Assembly: GCA_964534225.1 (NCBI GenBank)
Contig: CAZHNW010000004.1
Span: forward strand, 13,135 to 77,134
Length of the DNA stretch: 64,000 nt
Reading direction: 5' to 3'
DNA from: an uncultured Leptospirales bacterium
GTDB lineage: Bacteria > Spirochaetota > UBA4802 > UBA5550
Shown here: positions 1 through 8,075 of the stretch, piece by piece
Numbering within the stretch: position 1 is the stretch's first letter
Layout: every line of letters starts with the position of its first letter
Program-made: the position numbers and the translations under genes
Notes under the pieces: generated by a model
Told to the model about the DNA's origin: nothing
Seen by the model: the letters and a program-made list of their open reading frames with translations, nothing else
Database searches by the model: none

Positions 1-434
1 ATCGCCTTTACTATACAGAGGCTGTCGTATCCGGTGATTCCCTGGATGATTTCGATCCCCAGAGTTATGATTCAGGTACGGGGCAGGTTGTGCTCCCCCG
101 TAATCCAACTGATGTCAGCAATGTTACTGCCGGTGACTATTTTAATGATGCGGCTGGCAATTCTTTCATTATTACCGGTGGTGTAGCTGAGGATCAATGG
201 GACTGGGATGATTGGACCTATTATGATGTTTTTAATATTCTTGCCGGACAGACAGTTGATCTTGGTTCAGGTGCGTCAATCACGCGCCGCAGTTATAGCA
301 ATTTCCTCTCATACTATTTTGACCTTTCCACATATGTGGGAGAACCATCAGTACTGATACGTTTCGAAGCCGTCTCCGCGGGAGATACCGGGGGCAATAT
401 TGTTATCGATAATGTTAAGGTAAGACGTTACTAA
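1..434 (+). CDS. C-terminal part of a secreted protein whose start lies upstream of the window (possible lectin/MAM-like beta-sandwich tail)
   Basis: The frame containing ORF 90..434 has no stop back to nt 3. The listed M at 90 is a GTG codon. The sequence is Gly/Asp/Trp-rich, and the gene ends 5 nt before the start of the giant lipoprotein gene, in the same orientation. Confidence 0.45.
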   Translation, partial: RLYYTEAVVSGDSLDDFDPQSYDSGTGQVVLPRNPTDVSNVTAGDYFNDAAGNSFIITGGVAEDQWDWDDWTYYDVFNILAGQTVDLGSGASITRRSYSNFLSYYFDLSTYVGEPSVLIRFEAVSAGDTGGNIVIDNVKVRRY

Positions 435-439
435 GGGGT

Positions 440-3400
440 ATGACTATGATTACCATGAAAAATATCAAAAAGATTATTCACCTGGCACTGGTTCCCGCCA
501 TGGCCTTTGTTGCCATCTCATGCAGCGGTGACGCCTTTGATTCGTATAAGAAATCACGGGATACTACTATTATCCCCGGGCCTGTTGAAGACAGGTCAGC
601 GCCGAATATCAGCAGCGCTACCGCTGTAGAAGCTGACCGGGTGAGGGTAGTATTTTCTGAAGAACTCGACCCGGTATCGGCAGCAAAGATTGAGAATTAC
701 CATATACAGGGCGTGAACCGCGTTGTTGTCAAGAATATAGAAATGAACAATGAAAAGACTGTTGATCTTGTCCTCTGGACCGACCGGGCAGAACACCGTA
801 TGAAGAGCGGCATCCGCTATACCCTTCTTGTGCAGAACGTGGCGGATACCAGTGAAAATGCTATTTCATATAAGACCTCTAATTTCGACGGCAGGGGATG
901 GGTCATTGCCGGCCTCTCTGCTGATGTTGCATCAATAACAAATTCAGACAGTATAAATGTTACCGTGGCGGGAGAGAATATTGTCGGCTACCAGTACAGT
1001 ATCGATAACGGCGCCTGGTCACAGGAATACAGCATATCACAGCCAATATCGGTGACGGGACTGACCGAAGGCGCCCATGAACTGCGTGTTGTGGGCAAAC
1101 ATACTGACGGTTCCTGGCAGGAGATAAATTATTCTTCAAAGCTCAACTGGAATGTTGACCTTACGCCCCCGGAAATCAGGATCGGCAGCGCCCCTGATTC
1201 GGTCACTGATCTTACAGATGTTTCCTTTACCTTTGGCGGTACAGGTGTTGCCGCCTGGCGTTATCTTCTCGAGTCTGATGATCTTCTCATCGGGGGAAGC
1301 TGGTCAGAAGAGACTTCTGTCTCTGAGTCACTTTCCCTTGAAGGCCTTGATGCGGGCACCTATACCATTTCTATTATTGGTAAGGATACCGCGGGCAACT
1401 GGCAGGCAGAGGCTGACGCTGCCACCTATACCTTCAGGATCATAGAAGAGGGACAGGTGGTGGTGACCCTTACCGGTCTCCCTGATGAAAAAACAAACAG
1501 GGACTCTGCCTCTGTTACCGTGGGCGGGGTCAATTCCTATTACTATGTCTACAGCATCGATGGCGGCGACTGGTCGAATCTCAGGGATCTTTTCGAACCG
1601 ATAGAACTCGAAAGTCTCAGTGAGGGAAGTAATACCCTCAGGGTGAGGGGGGCTGATTTTGCCGGGGAAGTTCAACCCGAAGAAGAAGCGGCACAGTATA
1701 CCTGGACCATTGACAGTATCGCCCCCACCGCTCTCCTTGAGAATCTTCCTGCCGTGGAAAGTTGTGACAGGAGTATCTATGTTTCTGTCACAGGTGCAGG
1801 CGTGGTGAAGTACCGCTACCGTCTCGATGGTTCCGCCTGGAGCGGATACTACGAGGTCAGCGATGCCATAGAAATCAACAGCCTTAATGAAGGAAGTCAT
1901 ACCCTCGAAGTCTCCGGAGTGGACGAGTTCGGCAACGAACAGAAAGATCAGTCCTCTGCCACTGCACATACCTGGACGATAGATCTTTCAGCGCCAGAAG
2001 CGGCACTGACAGGCACACCCCCGGCGCTTTCAAATAATGACAGCGTCAGTATTACTGTTGGCGGAACTGACGTGGTGGGCTACAAGTACCGGCTCGATAC
2101 CGGTATCTGGAGTGGTGAACGTGCCATATCCGAAGTGATATCTCTTTCCGGCCTGAGTGAAACCTCTCACCAGCTTCGTGTTATCGGCCGTGACGCCGCT
2201 GGCAACTGGCAGGCAATTGACGCTCCCACAACGGTGACATGGACAGTAGACGCGACACCTCCCGCGGCGTCCCTTTCTAATGTGCCTGCCAGCACAACTT
2301 CCCAGGAAGATATCTCTGTCATCGTGGGAGGCCCCGGCGTGGTGGCCTATAAATATTCACTTGATTTGGCTCCCGCATCTGATGCGGAATGGGATGTTAT
2401 GACAGAGTACTCAATCGCTACTCCCATTGAAAACAGTTCTCCTCTTTCCGAAACGGAACATAACCTCTATGTCATTGCCCGTGATGCCGCCGGGAACTGG
2501 CAGACTAATGCTGATAGAACTGTTTTGACCTGGACAGTTGATACCTCCATCCCTGAAGCCGTTCTTACCGGAACACCTGCAAAGGATTCAAAGACGAAAG
2601 AGACCGATGCCTCCATAACCGTCAGTGGTGACGGCATCACCTATTACAGGTACAGGATGGAATACGAACAGGAATTTTCAGAAACGATAGAAGTGGGTAC
2701 CGGTATCAGTGTAACCGGTCTCTCTGAAGGGGACCATACTCTTTATGTCATAGGTTTCAAGAGCTCAAGTACCACCTGGCAAACAGATCCTACAGAGTAT
2801 TCATGGACAGTCGATTTAACCCCTCCCGCTGCGGAACTGGGTAACAGGCCCAATGATGTGACCAATTCCACTGACATCAGCATTACCGTAGAGGGCATCG
2901 GCGTGGTTGCCTATAAGTATTCCCTTGACTATGAACCTGCTGATGATGTTGAATGGACCGGCATGTCAGAGTATGATGCTTCAGTGCCTGTTACAAGCGC
3001 AGCTCTTGCAGAAGGGGCTCATGTACTTTACGTTATTGCCCGGGACGAGGCGGGAAACTGGCAGACCAATGCAAACCGTACCAGCTATACCTGGACTGTG
3101 AATACCTCTTCTGCCGTGGCTGAAGTTACCAATATACCCGATACTGATAATGATGACAGTAACGGGTATCTTACCAGTATGTCATCCGCTGATATCGTTG
3201 TAGGGCCTTTGACCCTTGAAGGGTATAAATACCGTTACAGCACTGACGGTTCAGCACCTGATGGTCAAGCATGGTCAGAGGTTTTACCTGTTGAGCAGCA
3301 TATCGTTCTCGATTCAGGAGTGCTGCCTTCAAAAGGGACGGTCATCCTCCAGGTGGTGGGGAAAGACATTTACGGGAACTGGCAGGATGAGTCAAGCCCT

Positions 3401-5467
3401 ACTTCTGTAACATGGGAAATCGACTCAACCCGGCCCGTGGCAAAATTGACGGGACTTCCTGATGCACAGACAATGTCAGCAGAACTCGATGCCGCAGTTG
3501 GTACCGAAGACGGATCCGCAGAAGTCGTCTCCTATAAGTATAAAATCGATGATGGTGAATGGCAGGACGGGGGAGATTTTGAAAACGGTTTCGGTATCAG
3601 TACTCACATTGAAAAAACCGGGCTTGATGACGGCTATCACCGGCTCTATGTTATTGCTAAGAGCGTGGCCGGGGTCTGGCAGTCTTTCTCCGGGGCAACA
3701 ACATATACATGGAAAGTTGACAGCTCCGCTCCCACGGCGGTTCTTCTCAATGCCCCTGAAAATAATGGCGATACCACGCAGACTTCCATAAACATTACCG
3801 TGGGAGGCGACGGTGTGGTGGCCTACAAGTCTGTTGTCAATGATGCAAGTCCTGACTGGGAGTCTCTGCCAGAGAGTGATGTGACCAGCACCATTAATCA
3901 GAGCGGGCTTGTTCAGGGCAGCAGCTATTCTCTTCGAGTTATCGCACGGGATTCAATCGGTAACTGGCAGACAATTCCAACACTTCTCGAATGGGATGTT
4001 GTTTATATCCAGGCGCCGCAGGTTAACAGCAGCCGTTATGTAAACAGTCTGCTGGTTCCCTTTACCTGGGACAATCCTGCCGATACCGGCAACGTGGAGA
4101 TACAGGTTGCCGGGGCAAAGACTGATGGTACCGCGGATTTTGACAATCCCCTTTACCAGGCCGTAATCGGCAATGTTGAAAATTATAACTATATCGCTGA
4201 TACAGAGGCCAATGGTTCTCGCTATTTTGCCCGTGTCAAGGTGCAGGATACCAGCGGCAACTGGAGTCTTACCTGGGGTGCTGCATCCAGTCCCACTGAA
4301 ACTGCAGGGTCTGTTTCAGGTCTTGTGCGTGATACCGATGACAACGACATTGGTGGCGCCACCATTACCCTGAGATATATGGATGACAACTCTGTTGTTC
4401 AGACCAACGCGGAAACTCCTGAGGAAGTTACCGTTACCACCGGCAGCGACGGCCGTTTTGTCATCGAAAACGTTCCCGCAGGCACAAACAGGTATCGCCT
4501 GGTCTGTGAAATAGATGACCGCAGTATCGTAAAGAACAACGTCACCGTTGTCGCCGGTGAAAATACCGATGTGGGGGCACTCTATATCGTGCCTTCCGGT
4601 GCCGCCGCGGGAGATATTACAGGTAAAGTTGTGGATGCAAATACCGCCGAGGTCATCCAGGGGGCTGTTGTTACTGTCCAGAGCTGGGACATCAGTACCG
4701 GAACATTTACCGTTGCGGGGACTGATACTACCGATTCAAACGGGGATTATTCTATCACCGGCCTCAGCGCCGGTACCTATACGGTCATTATTACCAATGA
4801 CAACTATTTTGACCTTACCGTTGACAACCAGGTGATAAACGGGAACCTGAACATGGGGCGTCAGGCCATCTGTGAAATTCTGGCAGAACCCCAGGTGCGT
4901 GTTATTGTTCTCTGGGGGGCAACTCCCGCGGATTTAGACCTTCATCTTGTAGGGCCCACTGTTACCGGAGACAGCGATACAGGTAACCCCACAGACCGGT
5001 TCCATGTCTACTGGAGCAACCATAAGACCTTTGATGAGTATACTGGTAACTATATTGCCGGTGATGGAGGCTCATGGAGCAGGGGAGATACCACGGGTAC
5101 CATGTCGACGGCAAGTCTCGTGCAGGACATTACAGCTGCAAATCCCGGTTATGGGCCAGAGGCTATAAATCTTTACCGTCATGGCAACACCCAGTATGCC
5201 CGCGGTGTCTATACCTTTACGGTAGACAACTGGTCTGAGACAGAATGGGTCCCCGCGGGATATTCCATTACCATGCGGGTCTACGATGCCATTGGCATGG
5301 CGCGGGAGATAAATTTCCCCACCACGGGATGGTCAGGCGCCAGTCCCAACTTTTGGAAGGCAATAAAAATTGATATCCAGGGTGTAGGGCGTTCAAACCG
5401 TACCATACATGTAGTTAACCAGTTTGCCGACCTGTCATACGGCTCGAAGGAATCAATGGACTGGTAA
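440..5467 (+). CDS. Giant surface lipoprotein (1675 aa) with an N-terminal SbsA-type Ig-like domain, 11 tandem Y_Y_Y-like beta-sandwich repeats of about 95 aa, an FN3-like segment, two CarboxypepD_reg-like domains and an unassigned C-terminal domain of about 240 aa
   Basis: Signal peptide with lipobox (…FVAISC). Residues 50-150 match the SbsA Ig-like pattern (VVFSEELDP…YTLLVQNVADTSENAI). A repeated motif G(V)VAYKY.LD…W…GLSEG.H.L.V.ARD.AGNWQ…TWTVD.(T/S)PP occurs 11 times. The GSVSGLVRDTDDN and GDITGKVVDANT…YSITGLSAGTYTV segments are typical CarboxypepD_reg. Confidence 0.85.
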   Translation: MTMITMKNIKKIIHLALVPAMAFVAISCSGDAFDSYKKSRDTTIIPGPVEDRSAPNISSATAVEADRVRVVFSEELDPVSAAKIENYHIQGVNRVVVKNIEMNNEKTVDLVLWTDRAEHRMKSGIRYTLLVQNVADTSENAISYKTSNFDGRGWVIAGLSADVASITNSDSINVTVAGENIVGYQYSIDNGAWSQEYSISQPISVTGLTEGAHELRVVGKHTDGSWQEINYSSKLNWNVDLTPPEIRIGSAPDSVTDLTDVSFTFGGTGVAAWRYLLESDDLLIGGSWSEETSVSESLSLEGLDAGTYTISIIGKDTAGNWQAEADAATYTFRIIEEGQVVVTLTGLPDEKTNRDSASVTVGGVNSYYYVYSIDGGDWSNLRDLFEPIELESLSEGSNTLRVRGADFAGEVQPEEEAAQYTWTIDSIAPTALLENLPAVESCDRSIYVSVTGAGVVKYRYRLDGSAWSGYYEVSDAIEINSLNEGSHTLEVSGVDEFGNEQKDQSSATAHTWTIDLSAPEAALTGTPPALSNNDSVSITVGGTDVVGYKYRLDTGIWSGERAISEVISLSGLSETSHQLRVIGRDAAGNWQAIDAPTTVTWTVDATPPAASLSNVPASTTSQEDISVIVGGPGVVAYKYSLDLAPASDAEWDVMTEYSIATPIENSSPLSETEHNLYVIARDAAGNWQTNADRTVLTWTVDTSIPEAVLTGTPAKDSKTKETDASITVSGDGITYYRYRMEYEQEFSETIEVGTGISVTGLSEGDHTLYVIGFKSSSTTWQTDPTEYSWTVDLTPPAAELGNRPNDVTNSTDISITVEGIGVVAYKYSLDYEPADDVEWTGMSEYDASVPVTSAALAEGAHVLYVIARDEAGNWQTNANRTSYTWTVNTSSAVAEVTNIPDTDNDDSNGYLTSMSSADIVVGPLTLEGYKYRYSTDGSAPDGQAWSEVLPVEQHIVLDSGVLPSKGTVILQVVGKDIYGNWQDESSPTSVTWEIDSTRPVAKLTGLPDAQTMSAELDAAVGTEDGSAEVVSYKYKIDDGEWQDGGDFENGFGISTHIEKTGLDDGYHRLYVIAKSVAGVWQSFSGATTYTWKVDSSAPTAVLLNAPENNGDTTQTSINITVGGDGVVAYKSVVNDASPDWESLPESDVTSTINQSGLVQGSSYSLRVIARDSIGNWQTIPTLLEWDVVYIQAPQVNSSRYVNSLLVPFTWDNPADTGNVEIQVAGAKTDGTADFDNPLYQAVIGNVENYNYIADTEANGSRYFARVKVQDTSGNWSLTWGAASSPTETAGSVSGLVRDTDDNDIGGATITLRYMDDNSVVQTNAETPEEVTVTTGSDGRFVIENVPAGTNRYRLVCEIDDRSIVKNNVTVVAGENTDVGALYIVPSGAAAGDITGKVVDANTAEVIQGAVVTVQSWDISTGTFTVAGTDTTDSNGDYSITGLSAGTYTVIITNDNYFDLTVDNQVINGNLNMGRQAICEILAEPQVRVIVLWGATPADLDLHLVGPTVTGDSDTGNPTDRFHVYWSNHKTFDEYTGNYIAGDGGSWSRGDTTGTMSTASLVQDITAANPGYGPEAINLYRHGNTQYARGVYTFTVDNWSETEWVPAGYSITMRVYDAIGMAREINFPTTGWSGASPNFWKAIKIDIQGVGRSNRTIHVVNQFADLSYGSKESMDW
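896..4010 (+). repeat. Eleven tandem coding repeats (about 285-300 nt each) inside the giant lipoprotein gene
   Basis: Periodic protein motifs (YKYSLD / GNWQ / TWTVD) recur about every 95 aa. The underlying DNA is therefore a long imperfect tandem array. Confidence 0.7.
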
Positions 5468-5488
5468 AGGAGTTGTGGTAAATTTTTT

Positions 5489-6160
5489 ATGAAAAAACAG
5501 AGTTACATAGCTGTTCTGATGGTTTCCCTCTTTGTGATACTCCTTCTGGCGGGTATCACAACGGTGCCGGTACGGGCCGAAAAGAAACCGACCTATATAC
5601 CCCTCCTGGGAGACCAGAAAAAAAGGGTGCAGAGAACAAAGAAAAAGATAAGGGTGCAGGAAGTAAAAACAGAATCAGATGTTCCCATTATGATCGGCGC
5701 GGGAGGGGGATTCTTTTCCGCCCTGGGATCCATGAATGACAGCCTGCAACCCGGTTTCTTTACAGGAAAGGTATTTATCCAGTACTACCGTCTTCCGGTA
5801 CAGCGCTTCGGTGCAGGCATGGAGATATCCACGGCGTACCTGAAAGATCGTGAAATCGACGGGGGTATGCTTTACTTCCACTATATACCCTATTTCTGCC
5901 TCAACTTTGAGCCCTTTGATATCATTGAACTCCAGGGGCGCGCCGGCGGGGGAATGACATGGCTCCGTTCTGACATCAAAGCAGGTACTGAGGAGCTGAT
6001 CAATAATTCACATGATTTTACTTTCTATACCGGCTTTGCCGTTATGAAAACTTTTTCAAAGCATTACATGGTGGGCCTCGAGGCGGCTGTTTACTATTAT
6101 TTCGAGAGAAGCCCTTCAGCCTCTTACGGGATAAATTTTATTTTCGCATATCATCTGTAA
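5489..6160 (+). CDS. Small outer-membrane beta-barrel protein (OmpA/OmpW-like 8-strand barrel)
   Basis: Signal peptide (MKKQSYIAVLMVSLFVILLLAGITTVPVRA), alternating amphipathic beta-strands, aromatic C-terminus (FIFAYHL). It lies immediately downstream of the giant lipoprotein gene. Confidence 0.55.
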   Translation: MKKQSYIAVLMVSLFVILLLAGITTVPVRAEKKPTYIPLLGDQKKRVQRTKKKIRVQEVKTESDVPIMIGAGGGFFSALGSMNDSLQPGFFTGKVFIQYYRLPVQRFGAGMEISTAYLKDREIDGGMLYFHYIPYFCLNFEPFDIIELQGRAGGGMTWLRSDIKAGTEELINNSHDFTFYTGFAVMKTFSKHYMVGLEAAVYYYFERSPSASYGINFIFAYHL

Positions 6161-6211
6161 AACAGGAACAGTGACAATATAACAATTATTTTTTTTAAGG
6201 AGTCAATAACA

Positions 6212-7723
6212 ATGAAAAAAACAGTCCTTTTCCTCACTGCACTTCTGCTTTCTCTACCTTCATTCCTGGGGGCGACCATAACCCGTGACGCGGGAATGGG
6301 GCTTTCGGATGTCCCCTGGATGGTTGACGGCCTGCAGGGATCGGTCTATATCAATCCCGCAAATGCGGTGAATTTCACCAACAGGGTCTTCTTTGACCGC
6401 ACCGGTTTTGAAAACGGCCTTAATTCCGGCGGGATTCTCTGGAACCCGGTTGCGGCCCTGACCATAGGCATTGTTTCAGGCCTCCCGGTAAGCGGCAGTC
6501 TATGGAACAGCAGTGCCGCCCAGGGTCTCTACTACCTGGGAAACTATACTCCAAAGGCGGCCTCTGTTGAATCAACGAACCTGCAGGGGACACTTCTCGA
6601 AGACGGTACCTCTGAGGTTCACCTTGCTGACCCTGCAGGGGGAGACAAAAATATTGATCTTAACCAGCAGGCTTTCAGGATTTTCACCGCCTATGATTTT
6701 GGCAAAATCAATGCCGGCCTTTCTTTCGGGTTTTCATCAGGATGGGATGATAAAACCTATAACGACGGGGCTGATAAAGATTCCTATTCTCTTTCAGAGG
6801 TCCAGTATGATACGGTGGCGGGAGGTAACTTCCGTCTTACCGATACGATGGATATCGGAGTGGATGTGACCTTTAAGTACTATGACCTTCAGAACAGCTA
6901 TGATCTCACTATGACGACCGGTGCCAACCCGGGTTTCACCAATATCTCTTATGGAAGTGACGGCGCCATGGATATTCTTGCAGGGGTTTCCTATAATATA
7001 AAAGTCGGAACAAAGCAAAAGATCCACACACGGGTCCAGTACGGGCTGCTTAATCGCTCGGGTAAGTCAACTCTTTATGACACAAGGGATATCAATGGTG
7101 GTGACGCAACTGAATCAGTTTCCGATTCCCTTTCCCGTACCGGACATGAGGTGAGGGCCGGGGTCTCTGATGAATTGACCCTTATGAAAAGTTTGACAAT
7201 TTTTGTTGGTATAAACGCCATCTATTCTCTCTTCAGTTACGAGTTCAAGGCTGATTCAATTCCGGATACCACCACTATTGAAAACGATTTTTATAAGGCA
7301 GATGCAACGGTTGTGCAGGTTCCCCTTTACGTTGGTATGGAACTGCGCCCTCATAAAAATTTTGAGGTAAGGGTGGGGCTTTCTCATGTCCTTTACAATA
7401 CCACCATGATAGACAGCAGTTTCTATGATTTCGATGGTGCAACGAATCCTACCGCGGAATGGAGTGAGACCCTGAATAATTCCAACTCCACAGTATTTAA
7501 TCTTGGCCTGACATGGAAGTTTTACAATGTGCGCCTTGACTGGCTGCTCAACGTGGACATATTTACACGTGGTCCTGATTTTATTTCAGGTTATTCCATG
7601 AACACCAATCCCGATCGTTCGACTCCCATTGCCACGAGTTTTTCCATATCCTATGATTTTGATTCATTCTGGAAGGGAGTCGCGGGGAATGGCGATGATG
7701 CCGGTAAAAGAAAAATAGAATAG
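6212..7723 (+). CDS. Outer-membrane beta-barrel protein (porin/FadL-like, 503 aa)
   Basis: Signal peptide (MKKTVLFLTALLLSLPSFLGA), long beta-rich Gly/Tyr/Ser-rich sequence, RBS aaggag upstream. Confidence 0.5.
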   Translation: MKKTVLFLTALLLSLPSFLGATITRDAGMGLSDVPWMVDGLQGSVYINPANAVNFTNRVFFDRTGFENGLNSGGILWNPVAALTIGIVSGLPVSGSLWNSSAAQGLYYLGNYTPKAASVESTNLQGTLLEDGTSEVHLADPAGGDKNIDLNQQAFRIFTAYDFGKINAGLSFGFSSGWDDKTYNDGADKDSYSLSEVQYDTVAGGNFRLTDTMDIGVDVTFKYYDLQNSYDLTMTTGANPGFTNISYGSDGAMDILAGVSYNIKVGTKQKIHTRVQYGLLNRSGKSTLYDTRDINGGDATESVSDSLSRTGHEVRAGVSDELTLMKSLTIFVGINAIYSLFSYEFKADSIPDTTTIENDFYKADATVVQVPLYVGMELRPHKNFEVRVGLSHVLYNTTMIDSSFYDFDGATNPTAEWSETLNNSNSTVFNLGLTWKFYNVRLDWLLNVDIFTRGPDFISGYSMNTNPDRSTPIATSFSISYDFDSFWKGVAGNGDDAGKRKIE

Positions 7724-7743
7724 CTGCATTTGACAGGCACACA

Positions 7744-7790
7744 AGAGAAGAGGGTACCTTAAAAGGTTACCCTCTTCTCTCGTTGGCTCT
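7744..7790 (+). terminator. Intrinsic terminator hairpin (15-17 bp stem, agagaagagggtacc…ggttaccctcttctct) followed by a ctctttt run
   Basis: Inverted repeat read directly from the sequence, 20 nt after the stop of the 6212..7723 gene. Confidence 0.6.
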
Positions 7791-8075
7791 TTTAACCGAT
7801 TTTGCAGTAGCCAGATTTACGTAATTAATGCTTAAAAGGGTACCCTCTTCTCTTATGTGCAAATTTGAACCACGGAGACAGCTGGTTGATTTATCTTTTA
7901 TCATTTTCTTGACAAAGATTTTACCAGTCTGAAAGAATGGACTCAGTTAAAAAGTGTTTATCAGAATTATTTTTCTTCAAAACAGGAAGATTTTTTTCTC
8001 TGAATCCACTACCTGTCATTTACCGGCAGTATAAGTACTACGACAGGGATTTACCGGGACAAAGAGGAGTTAAAG

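Noticed and set aside
1328-1969. 213-aa minus-strand ORF inside the giant lipoprotein gene
   Set aside because: Antisense to a gene with strong periodic domain structure. No motifs. A frame artefact.
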